From Guillardia theta CCMP2712 (Eukaryota; Protista; Cryptophyta): a stretch of 64,000 nucleotides of DNA. The notes below the pieces were generated by a model, which saw only the letters and a program-made list of their open reading frames with translations, searched no databases and was not told the origin of the DNA. This document shows, piece after piece, positions 49,676 through 61,992 of the stretch (position 1 is the first letter of the stretch; every line of letters begins with the position of its first letter). Location of the stretch: contig NW_005434652.1 in the NCBI RefSeq assembly GCF_000315625.1, forward strand, positions 90,348 through 154,347. The letters run 5' to 3'. Made by a program: the position numbers and the translations under genes.

Positions 49676-51135
49676 ATGACGAACTCCGAAGCAAAGCTTG
49701 ACATGGACCTCGGTACCAAATTATTTCCTCCTCTCTTTGAATTTCAGTATGAACTCTGAGTCTGTTGCCACTTCTGGTACATCTGGAATTCTGATTCTTA
49801 TTTTTTTTTCTTTCTTTCTTTTTTTCAAATCGTTGTTGCGACAACGATGCTTGACGCATGTTCAAAACGTTTGTGTCTGATTGATGCCTGCTTCATTGCA
49901 CTCCTCCTCTCTAGAGCAAGAGCTCAATGACATGGTTCGTGGTGACAAGTATTGGTCAGCCGACGTCGTAAAGGCGGACAAAAAAGACGAAATGAAAAGC
50001 AAAAAGAGTCCGAAGGCAAAGGTGCTTCAATTGCTCACATGCCGGCAATTTAGGACTGACTGGAAGTCGCCGTTGAGAAGACGACCGGCGTAAAAGTAGG
50101 CACCAAGAAAGGAGTCAAAACCACCATCAAGAAGGACCCAGCTCTGCTCAAGGCTCAACAAGCTGCAAAGAAAGTTCGGCAACAACGTCAGGTTTCAAAC
50201 GCTTCCACTCCTCTCCGATGGATTGCTATTCGACCTTCGTATACTGCGCTGTCTTCTGAGAAATATCTACTCCAATCAAAGATGGCACCGGCTATTAACA
50301 TGATGCAAAGCATTTGGCTTGATGTGTTTCCATGAGGATCTATTGGCTCGATCAGGATAAACTTCTGACATCAATCTGATAATGACGCAGGCGCAGCTTG
50401 GGCAGAAAGCCACCAAAACCCCCCGACAGCAGCTGAGGAAGAATACCTCGACTAGTCTGCAGGGCGCTGTATCTGCACGCCGCAATCAGCAAGTACTTCC
50501 GATACGAAGACTGCAATCAATAATTGACAGTCGCTTGTCACTCTAGACGAAGCAGCGGGTCGCCAACACTGCACAAGCTCGCAAGAACAAGATTGCATCG
50601 AACAGGGGTCTTGCAAACAATCAGAACAATGCTGTCAGGAGAAACAACAATCAGAGACAGGCAAGATGAGAGCTCTTCTCGTTGAAAGCTTAGTTTGTCG
50701 ACAGCAGCAGCCCTTTGTTTTTCGCGGCAACAATAAGGGATACAACAATTACCGATCGAACCAGGTACTCATTCGTAATCTACGATCCTTGTTATACATC
50801 CTTTGATTCTGATCTTCCTACCTTGCATGTCCTCTCCTTCAATGACATACCTCAGCAGCAGTATAGGGGCAACTCGAACGCGATTCCTCGAGGTGGCATG
50901 CGCGTTGTGGTCGTGAACAACAGAGGCAACAGGCGGGGACAGCAGAGGGTCCCGCAGCCAACTGTGCGTGTTCATCCCCCTCTTGGACTAGAACTGACAC
51001 AGAGGCAGAGGATGCAGCAACAGGTGCAACAGCAGCGTCAGCGAGTACAGCAGGTCAAGCCTTGAGTTTGTTGCCTGGCTTGCATTCTTAGTCGCGTGTA
51101 GGGGCGCAATAATGTGATCAACCAACGTAGAGGAT

Positions 51136-51171
<36 letters not shown>

Positions 51172-51423
51172 TGGTTGTCGGTCCTGATCCTTGTGTTCCT
51201 GTTCCCTAACCTTGAGTCGCGGCGGATAGAACTACAGGAACAACCAGGGATACAACCGCGGTTACAACAGAGGAGGAGGACGTGGAAGAGGGTAAACAGC
51301 CTTCCGAGCTATTTTGGTTTCTGACTCTTAATCAGTCGAGGCGGAGGAGGAGGAGGGCGCGGTGGAGGGCGCGGTCGCGGTGGGGGTGGGGGTGGAGGCG
51401 TTGTTCGCGTCGTTCGGAGATAA
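49676..51423 (+). CDS. Basic low-complexity K/R/Q/N/RGG-rich protein, possible RNA-binding or export adaptor; multi-exon
   Basis: Chain of short exons from MTNSEAKLDMDL|EQELNDMVR to …RGGGGGRGGGRGRGGGGGGVVRVVRR*; N-terminus resembles the KLDMSLDDII UAP56-binding motif. Confidence 0.55.
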
Positions 51424-53307
51424 GAGACAGTCAATCTGGTATTGAGATGAGAGTCTCGTAGTTTTTGGTTTGTTAGATAGTCCAAACTCTTCAGTGGCGA
51501 GTGTTTGACTTGCAAAGTAACGCGATGTTGCCGATCATATTCTGGTATTGTGTTGTGCTCGTGGTAAAGGACTTTACATTTGTCATGACGATCGTCCGAC
51601 CTCGGGCACGGACTGCCCAGCCCCAGTCCGAGGCTCCGATCGGAGCCTGTACTGATATTATCACCCCACCCCCATTAAATGGGTCATTTTTCAGTCGTCA
51701 GGTGGGGTCAAACATTTTACTTTTCGATTTTCAAAGTTCAGACCTCTTTCCCCCCTTTTTCGGTTTTGCATGTCATAAAGCTGCCGGTTCGATTTTTATG
51801 CTGGGTAGGGTGGTTGGAATCTCTCCCACTACGGGTGTAATGATTCTTAGAAGAGGGGGTTAAGAGGTACTTTTCGTGAAATGGGGGATGGTGGAACGGG
51901 TCAGGGTGGGGTCTGCTTTTCTCCTAGCGCAGGGGCATGACACGGAACTAAAAGGCCAGGAATGATCACCGGTTCGAGGAGAGGTACAGTGGTAGGTGGG
52001 GGTGAAAAATAATTGAAGGGACCCCTGCTTTCTACAAGGAAAGGACCCCTTCATTATGGGGACCCCACCCTGCGAGGAGGTGGGGGATCACTGTTCCTTT
52101 CTTTCTACTCTCTTTAAAACGTTATAATATTATATATATATATCATCCCGGGTAGAAACCGTTCCATTCAGAAACCTTCCCGGCCCCCACCCCACCCGTA
52201 TGCGGTCCCCAGTGGACCACCTTCCCCACCCACCCACCCACCCACCCACCCACCGCATATCCCCTGACGTTGGGGGGCGCACTGCCGCACCCCTCTCACA
52301 GAAATTTTTCTCCAACACCCTCTTCAAGTGGTACCCGTAGAGTCGACTCTGTCCACCCCTCCTTTCACCTCTCGGAGTACCCCCAAGGCCACCGCTCCTC
52401 CGACTGACCGGCAGATCACTGATTTTTGAACCCCACCCTTCTCCCTGCCTTGATGACCTACCCCCACTCTTGCCATCTGTGTACTCTTGGGTCAAATGCT
52501 GAAAAAAAAAATCCCAAGGCCGTATCGACCACCCCTCCAAGGAAATCAGACCACCCCTGGTTGAGTCCTACCCCACCCCAAAGACACATAAACTTTCTAG
52601 CTAGCTGACCTACTTCCAAGTGCTGACAAGATCCACCACCCCCTGTTAGAGGCATCCCAGGTACGAAATTAACATTTGGGGTGATCACCCCCACCCTCCT
52701 TTCACTCCTTTGTAGCCCTACCTTGTCTGTACGATAGATGGGCGACCCCACCCCAGTGCTATCGCCGTGTAGGACCACCCACGGGTCCAACCGCCCCACC
52801 ACCCCCAGAGGTCACCTCTGCATCCCCTGTAAGGCTTGACTGACCTTATCGCCAATGCTCAAAGGCGACCGAGCACAGGCGCAACATGTCGTTTCTGTCC
52901 CCGATGTCATCTCCATCATCACAACACCATAATGCACTGCCATGAGATTGTCACCCGTCATCCTTGCTCCTATCTCGGAGTATAATCGTAATTGATCTTT
53001 GTTTCTCATTCATGCGGAAATCATAATTGTAACCTCAAACAACGCCCCTTTAGGAATATTAAATGATTCTTCTCTCATGATGTAGATTCTTGTGAAACCA
53101 GTCGTCTGCTTCTGTCCGCTCGATAGTCATGTTACTGGATAGGAGAGTAACAACAGAGCGAAATGGATATTTCGAGAGTCAGGGAGGTAGACAGGGAAGG
53201 GAGGGCTCGTTTGCAAATCAAATCTTGCCTTTTACAAATTCTGATTGTAATTGTGCGCAGAATTTTTCATGCTGACAGCTTATCTGTCTTGATTGCTTTG
53301 ACTCAAG

Positions 53308-56300
53308 ATGAAATCTTCGACATATAGCAAGCGAAGCATATCACCGACACCTGCTGTAAGAGCCAATCTTCCGGAGAAGTGGAACATCCTCAAGTTAGAA
53401 GGCGTGTCAAGCGATAGAAGCGTATCACCATTCCAGAGCCGAGCAATGGCTGCTAGAGCGAGTGCAGAGTTCAACATCACCAAGACGAGGCAGCAAAGCA
53501 AACATGCGCAGGACAAGAGATCCCTCTCACCCGTCCCGCGTCGCGTTGATGAAAATGTCCTTGCGGGGAACCAAGGGAGCAAGAAGTTTGACTATCCTGC
53601 TGGACCAGGATCAGCGCGTATTTACAAGTTACATGAGAATCGCAAGGTTGAGACTAAGTCGGTCGTGAGGACAAGCACTTTCCGAAAGAGCCTGCGCAAG
53701 GTATTTTTGCGATCTGAGAAGAAGTTGTTGTCGGAACTTTTCTTTGAAAGGTTGGAACTTTCCGTCATGCTTTTGCATCTAAAAGATTGACCTGCTTCTT
53801 AGATGGATAGTGTTCATGGCGTCGCAATCTCAAGCAAGAATGAAAGAAAGTGCCTCAGCTTTTGTCTTGTCCATTCGATCACAATCAAATCAGCAAAGCC
53901 TCGAAGCATATTTCTTTCGGTACTCTTGACATCCAACTTGGTTGGTTGGTTCGTTACTGATGTTATTCCTCAGGTGGAGTCAACAGCTCTTGCAGTTCAA
54001 GGCGGAAGATTTGAAGTTGAGGATGAAGGCCTCGGACGAGGCATCAAGAGCCCTGGTCGAGGTTGTCAACGAGCGAACCAATATCATGAGTCAGAGTCAA
54101 CATGACATCGAGGTGATCTCATTGTTCTCATGCTTGCCTTGTGATGACTCCTGCTTAGGTCTACGAATACCTCGTCGACAAGAAACTGCGATCAGAGCAA
54201 AACTTTCAGCACCTGATGGAGGTTTTCTACCACTGGAAGCAACTGCAGCAACTTGCAGGAAGGTTTTCCTGCAACTTAGTGAGCAGTGCTTTCAAACGTT
54301 GGAATGTGATTGTTCGTCACGAAAGGAATGAGAAGGTTGATGCGTTCGCTTTGCCATGGGACACACTAACTTCATTCTTCCTTAGAATCATTCCTTGGTT
54401 CAACATGGCAGTCGATTCATGCAAAGGATGTCTCATGGAGCTGAAGCATTGATCGTAAGGATTGTTCGCAAGCATCTTGTGCACTCTATCTTGGAATTTT
54501 GGCAACAACTTGCCATGAAAAACAAGTTCTACCAGAGAGTGCAGACGACAATCCAAAGTCGAAGCATTTTTCGACAAATGTTGTACGCATTCGAAGCGCT
54601 GAAATATCTTTGCCAAAGATCGCTGCGAGAGCGATATCTGACAAGATATCAAGAAATTATGTCCAAGAAGCAATTCTCAAGAATGCAGAAAAGCTTGATC
54701 AAGTACTGGCGAGCATTGGTGCTCAAGGCCAGATCGCAGAAGATGAAGTTGGAAGTAAGACAGTAGTGTTTATTTTGAGATTCTGATCGTACTGACTGCA
54801 TCCAACTTCAGCGTGTTATGCAAGCATACAAGAGACGATCGATGTTTCGATCCATTACAGATTGGCAACATACATATAGTTTTGACAAGAATGCACGAGT
54901 TCAAATCGAAAGAAAACAACGAAATGTGTTGCGCAACGCATGGATGAGTTGGAAGATGGAATTTGAATCGACCCGGTAAAATGCTTTTGGGGCATTCTGT
55001 CAAATTTGTAACTGTGGATGCAGCGAAAATCAGCTCACTTGCAGGGGTTGGCAACGTGATATCATCTCTCACATGAGAAGAGAAATCCTGGTGCTATGGC
55101 GAATGTCCTGTGTGATAGGCAGGATTTTGGTAAGAAGGGCCAACGTTCTGAACAACAAGAGAAGGTCGACTTTGCAACGGGTGTGCATTGAAGAATGGAC
55201 AAAGAGAACGAAGGAAGCGGCAAGTTGCGAGAAGAAAGTTCAACGACTGTTGTCATTGAAATTGATCAGTCAGGTGATTTTGCTTCACTCTTTTATTGCT
55301 TTCTGGTATTCTCACTAACTGAACATGCAGACACGCAACACATTTTTGTGCTGGTCACGCGCAGCTTTGAGGTCTTTCAAACTTCCGACGGGTCGGATCC
55401 ACAAATGGGCTGTTCACATCAAGCGAAAGTTGGCACTGAGTGTACTGAACAGCTGGGAAGATTTGATTCAGAATGCAAGCAAGCAAAGGCAGTTGATTAG
55501 AGATCGAAGTTTGCTGATGTTCTACCGAACAAAAAACAACATGTTCAGGAGGTGGAAAGCTCTAGTTGACACATCAATCATCAAGTGCGAACATGCAAAG
55601 ATCCTTGTGCGCAAGCAGGAGCGTTTGTTGGTGAAAGATCACTTCACTGTCTGGGTGAAGTGTCGTGAGGAGACGCGCAAGTCTCTTCACTCTCAACTCA
55701 GAGGTCGCCGATCGCTTTTGGCGTCCGCCGTGTTATGCTGGCGGAGGCGAATGAGGATGAAAGAGAAGAGAAGACGCGCTTGTCTTCTGTTCTACAGCAA
55801 GCTAAAGTTTTCTCGGTTCTTTTCAATCTTCAAGAGATGGTTCCGATGGAGCTTGTTGTCTCGGTCAAAGCTGCAATCGTGCATGAGAGCAGAGGCGAGA
55901 AAGAGAAATTTGCTCAAGTACAGAACGTTAATGAGGATGAAAATCGGGTTGATGAGCGCTCGGGCCCAGGATGACAATCAGGACGTGAGCAGCGACGAGC
56001 CAGCGGCGCAGGTCATGCTGCTTCCCCTGGAGGAACGGAAGAGGACTCGGAGGATATTTGAGGGATGGAGATGTCTTGCTGTCAGCTCGTCGTTTGCAGC
56101 TCGTAAAGTTGATGTCAAGTTGATGATCCGCCGAACGAAGCAGGTCGGTCGTGCTCTTGTAGGATGGATCCACTTGCGTTGGAGCTCCAAGAGAGTCCGG
56201 GACTTGTCTCTCAAGATCCGCACGAGAGAAGATCGCAGGAAGAGATCGTCCCTGTTCCTGCTGTGGCGCCAAGTGTGTGACAACAAGGTCAGGAAGAGGC

Positions 56301-58100
56301 TGATAGTTGGGCGGTGCATCGCGGCCAGGAGTTCGCAGTCCAAGAGGAGCATACTTGGCTGCTGGATGGACATTGTCTCCGACAAGAAGGTGTCAGAGTC
56401 ACTGGGCCGCTCCTGCTACACCTTGAAGCGCAGAAAGATTCTACGGCAGCACGTGGCGGTATGGAGCGCGTTCTCTGCCAGGCAGCTGCGGTTGTTCCAT
56501 CAGGAGAGGAGGATAGTGCGGAGGTCGCAGGCTGCTATGATCAGGAAATGCCTGCTCGTGTGGATCAGAAGCTCGGTTTCAAAACATCTCCAGCCTCTTG
56601 TGGAGAAGTTTGTGGGCAGGAAGTCTCAGCTCGTGCTCAAGTCCTCCTTCGATCGTGTTTGCAAGTATCACTTGCGTTGCAGAAGGATGCAATCAGTGGT
56701 GACAGGCTGCGGGCTCAGGCGATCCCATCGATTGCTTCACAGTGTCTTGCTACGATGGGCAAAGGAGACGACAAGGCAGGAGAGTCTCAACTACAAAGTG
56801 AAGAGCTTCTCAATGCTGCATGGATGGAGATTGACTTCCAAGTCCTTCAAGAGTTTGTTGGGCAACTCTCGAGATCGATCCAACTCGCCTCCTCAGTCAA
56901 TGTCGCACACCTCCAGCATCTGGGACCAGTCTCTCGTCCATGTCTGCTCCCCTCTCCCCCGAACTCCCGATGTCTCCGCTCCTCCCGCCCTCCTCGCGCT
57001 GTCGCCGTCCTCCAGCCATGACGTGTCAAGTGCGCCATCGTATGCTCCTCATCTCAGCTCCCCTCACTCTCTGCCGCAGGCTGGGCGATCGGGCAGCTTT
57101 CGTTCCACATCATGAGGAGCGCGATGAGGGGATGGCGATGTGCGGTGGAGGAGGTAAGATGCCGATGATCGTTCTTGACAAGACATGACCGACGGACCAA
57201 ACAGGCCAGACTTCTGAATGACTTCGCTGACATGTGGAACAACAACTGCGAGACGATCCTGGGCAAAGTGGTCGTCTGTTTCTACTCATGGCACAGGTAT
57301 CTTCATGCTCCATTCCACCTCGTCCTCCCTCCCTCCCTCCCTCCCTCCCTCCCTCCCTCCCTTCTTGTTCCCACAGCAGCTCTCGTCCTCCTGATCGTGA
57401 TATCCTCTCAGGATCTCCCTGTTCTCTCGCTATGAGACGGAAGAAGCGTCTTTTCACTCCACCAACGAGCTCCAGGTATCCTCCTGTCGTCCTTTCGCAG
57501 TCTCGTACTGACGCGCTGCTCCAGAAACGTCTTCTCCTCCTCCTAGACGTCAAGCGCAACTGCTCGAAACTCTTCCTGCAGCATCAGAGCCGAGGCTTCA
57601 TCCATGAGGCTGCAGCAAGTGGGTCGGAGCATGAGGACGGCTGCCACCCTCTCTCATCCTCCTCCACCGCCTCCACTCTCTCGCAGCATCTCGAACATGC
57701 CAGTCACTATCCCCTCCATGCGTCGACCCACTCCGACTTGTCTCCAGGTGAAGACAGGCGTCTTGACTACTCTGTGACTGACTCGTTCCTTAGGCAGTTT
57801 CCCCTTCCACGACCTCTACGTCTCTTGCTTCCCCCGCAACGACGTAAACTATGTGAGACATCCTTGATGTTCTTCTCCTTGTCTTCGCCACTGCTAGTTT
57901 CCGTTCTTGATCCTCGTTGAGCAGGGGGCTGACGGCCAGGTGAAACACACCGTGTCGCTTCCTCGAGTCCTGTCCACCAGGTTGACTGTTGTCACCTCTT
58001 CCTCCTCCTCCTTCAGGCCTCCATCTTCCTCCTCTCCCTTCCTCCTCCTCCTCCTCCTCCTTCTCCTTGTTCTAACTACTTGGCTGCAGCCCGAGTCCTT
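53308..58100 (+). CDS. Sfi1-like (centrin-binding repeat) protein; ends approximate
   Basis: Basic helical sequence with F/LxxW repeats; Trp-to-Trp spacing of 33 aa counted for FEGW to LVGW to FLLW. Confidence 0.75.
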
Positions 58101-58756
58101 CGACGTTTCCCCCACACTAAGTTGTAGAGTAGCGAGGTTATGTACACTAGACTTTGGTATAACATTATGTGTCAAGGTGTTGAATGACTAGTACGATGTC
58201 ACCGTGCCAGGGGTTCTGCTCAGGCTCCTCAGTCAGGTTGTTTAACTAAGTTAAAACTCTTCCCGCCGCGCGGCCAGTGGCTCTGAGTCCCGGGTCCGAG
58301 GAGTCACGGGCCGGGCCAGCTTCAGCTCGCCCCGTGACCCGACTCATGATATGCCCGGCACTGAGTACTACTACTACTTCGGGCCATTCCGCCACTAACC
58401 CCCTCCCGGAGAGGCGAGGCTAGTACGGTCCGCCGGACCGTGGCTCGGACCGTGGAACCGGGCTCCTGACCGGGCCCAGTCCCCGCCACGGGCCTCAGTC
58501 AACGGTCGTGACAGCAGTTGGCGGGATGAGGGTTGTTCTCGCTATCTTTTCTTCTCGCCGTTTGGTCAGGGTCAAGCCTCCTCCCGGTAGTACTGCCGCA
58601 GTGGTCGGACTCTCCTAATGTCCTCGTGATAGTACCGTGACTTTTTAACTTAACTTAATTGGGTGAAAGGAAATCTTGGCCCAGATCTGCGTCGCTGATT
58701 GTGGTTGTTCTAGATTTTGTTCCAGATTGCCCAGATTACCATCAAGATTCGTCGCC

Positions 58757-59642
58757 ATGGCCAGACTCCGGGTAAGCGAAGCGAAGGGGAGGAGGAGGAG
58801 GAGAAGCGCGGGGGGGAGGGGGTTGGGGGAGGGGGTTAGTGGCGAAAGTTAAGGAGGAGGAGACAAAGATAGGGTGGGAGAAAGGCTGCATCGCAGTGAA
58901 AACCTACTGGCTCCCCCGGTCTCGGAAGAATCTCGTTCGTCTTATGCCCGGGTCCGGTGGGAGCGAAGCACTAGACGAGGACGAGGGCGAAGACGAGGGC
59001 GAGAATAGGGGCAGGACACGGAAAGTTTGATAAATGGGGAGAATACGAACAGGTCAGCAGGAGGGGGTTAGGGAGAGTTAGGAGAGGGGAGGGAAGGAAG
59101 GAGACAAGAAGGGAGACAGGAGAAGAGATGATCGATCAAGTAACCGAAGAGAATCGATAGACTGCTGCTGTGGCTCTGTTGGGCTTCTCAGTGCTCAACA
59201 TATTCCTCCTCCAGAGCATGCAAAGAACAGGTCAGTGGTACTTGCTGTTTCGCCCTTCTCACACTGCTTGCTAGACAACAACCCAGAGGTGGATATGCTT
59301 CTTTCCACGTTACATGTCTTGGCATGTCATGAGCATCCTACCTGCAGGAGTTGAAGAGATCTACACCAGCTCGCAGGAGATCGAACAATCAGGTGAGGAT
59401 CGAACTTGCTTGCTGTCAATTTCTTGAAGAACACTGCAGTTCTGCGTTCAGAGATGTATCAAGGACATGCTACACATTCATGAATGCATACAGCAGAAGA
59501 GGAGTTGTAACGCTGACAAGTCAGCTAGTTGTGCTCACAGATGTTTGCTCTGACTCTCCGTTCAAGTTACAAGAGTTGTCTGTTGCGATGTGGAATACAG
59601 CAGGACGCCTACAGCCTCTTGGTTAGCGCGAGGTGCCCCCTT

Positions 59643-59677
<35 letters not shown>

Positions 59678-61206
59678 CTCCCTGCTCCTGCTCCTGCTCC
59701 TGCTCCTGCGCCTCCTCCTCCTCCTCCTCCTCCTCCTCCTCGGCTCCATGCGTTTGCTCGCTTCCTCCTCTTTCTCAGACTTGATTGCAGGCACGGGAAG
59801 TTCATGGTGAACCTCAACGACATCTACATCGGCGCTTCTCTTCTCTTCTACGGCGAGTGGAGCGACGAGGAGGTTGAGACAGGAGGATTGTGGGGGGGGG
59901 GGGGGGGAGGGGGGGGCTGACGGGGAATGATCAGATTGATCTGATGAAGTTGAACCTGCCGGCTGATGGTGTTGTTGTCGATGTTGGAGGTGACTATTCA
60001 CCTCCTCCCTCCTCCCTCAACTCCTTCTCTATCCTTCCTCTCTCTCTCCCTTTCGCTCCTCCGTTTTCTCTCGTACCTTCTCCTCCTCGTCCGATGTTGT
60101 CAGAATTATCTCGCTCGCTCCTCGTCCATGTTGACATCTCATCCTTTCAGCCAACATTGGGGCGATGACGGTTCCCCTGGCCAAGCATGTCAAGCAAGGG
60201 ATGTAATCGTCTTCTTGTTTGTTTCTCCACTCTCCTCACTTGTTTCTTCTCATTATTTCTTCTTGTCTCCTCCTCTCGCATGTGTCAGGGTTGTGGCGTT
60301 TGAACCACAGAGAGTCATCAATCAGCTTCTTGGAGGTAGCGAACTCACCTTTTCCTCCCTCCGAACATTTCATGTTGCCCGTCCTTCCTCCTCTTCCTCT
60401 TTCCTTCTCTTTCCTCATTCTCCTTCCTTGGTCTTTTCTCATCTCTACATCCCTTCTTGCTGTTCCATGCTGCTCATATTACGCAGGAAATGTCCAACTA
60501 AATAGCCTTGCAAACGTGCATGTCAGACGAGCAGCATGCGGGCAGGAAAGTATTATGAGTACCATCTTATCTTCTCATTCTTGGCATCTCATCCTTTGTC
60601 CTCTTGTCGTTTCTTCTGCTCACCTTCACACAGAGGCAGGAAGCGGATGGCTCGGAGCGAGTGCATGTACCGGAGATATCTCCTTTTGTTATGCACAACT
60701 TTGGGGGATTGTCACTTGAAAGTAAGATCTTGCTCATTGCACCTTGCCCCTACTTTGCTGCTTTCTTCTTTTTTTTCACATGTACCGGTCGTCCAACTGT
60801 TCTCGAACTTCGCTCTCGCTTCTCTCGTTCACCTTTGCTCGTGTACTCTCTCGATCTTCCCTCTTCCCCATCCCTCCTGTCTCTCCCTTGTCGTCTCCTT
60901 TCTAACATCCACTCACTTTGCATCTTCAAGGCACCTCCGGTGGGTCCTCCCCCACGGCGCTCAACACCAGCAAAGTTCTTCCTCTTCCTCCTCCTCCTCC
61001 TGCCCAGCGCTGACACGAGGACGCAGGTACTGGAAATGGTCGGGTTAGAGTCTCTCGACGATCTTGACCTCGCAAGACTGGACCTGCTCAAGGTCTTGCT
61101 TCCTCTCCTCACGCCTGCTGACCCCACCAGCCAGATCGACGCGCAGGGGATGGAACAAGGCGTTCTGCTCGGGGCCAGGCATACCATCAGGAAGCACTTG
61201 GTAAGG

Positions 61207-61271
<65 letters not shown>

Positions 61272-61600
61272 GCAAAGGGAGTGAATTGTCTGCAGCCCGT
61301 CATCTACATGGAGTACGAGAGCAGCTCGCCCAAGTTGTTCAAGCTAATCAAATCGCTCGGAGGATACAAGTGCTACTCTCACGCGCCCCGGTATGACAAC
61401 AACAGCAGGAGGCGCTTGCGATGAATTCGGCGCAGGTTGTACAAGGACAGCAACTTCAGAGGAGAAAAGATCAACATCTTCGGTCAGATCCGAAGCTTCA
61501 ATGTCTACTGCGGTACTCCCTACACGCTCCTAGTCTTTCCTGACCCTGTGCAGTTGCAAAGTCATCGATGAAAGTTCCTGGTGAATTGTCAAGTTTTTGA
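58757..61600 (+). CDS. FkbM-family SAM methyltransferase (Methyltransf_21) with N-terminal membrane anchor, multi-exon
   Basis: NDIYIGASLLFYGEWS, VVDVG|ANIG, VVAFEPQ, NFGGLSL, LDLLK|IDAQGMEQGVLLGA and PVIYME; hydrophobic AVALLGFSVLNIFLL near the N-terminus. Confidence 0.88.
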
Positions 61601-61992
61601 GAAGACAACTGACAAATTCCGATTGCAAGATTGGTTGAGGAGCAATGATCTAGATTCAATATCGCTCCCGTCGATATCACACGTCAGAAGATAATGACAT
61701 GAGAGGAAAAGAGATGTAGAGAATGTGTCTATGAAAAATGTTGAAAATGTTAAGAGGTTGTACACTAGTAATTTACTTGTTTACATGAAACCGTTCGTTT
61801 CAAATTAGATATTCGTTGTACAGTCAAAGGAGCCCTCTATTCATGTATGCGGAATACGCGTTTCAACAACCTTTTGTGACTTTCTTCAAGAGTCTTTTCC
61901 AGCTTCATCTCCACACATCTGATATCTCTTCTGACATATCTCATTACATCCCTTCTCATCTCATCTCATCTCATCTCATCCCTTCTCTTCTA

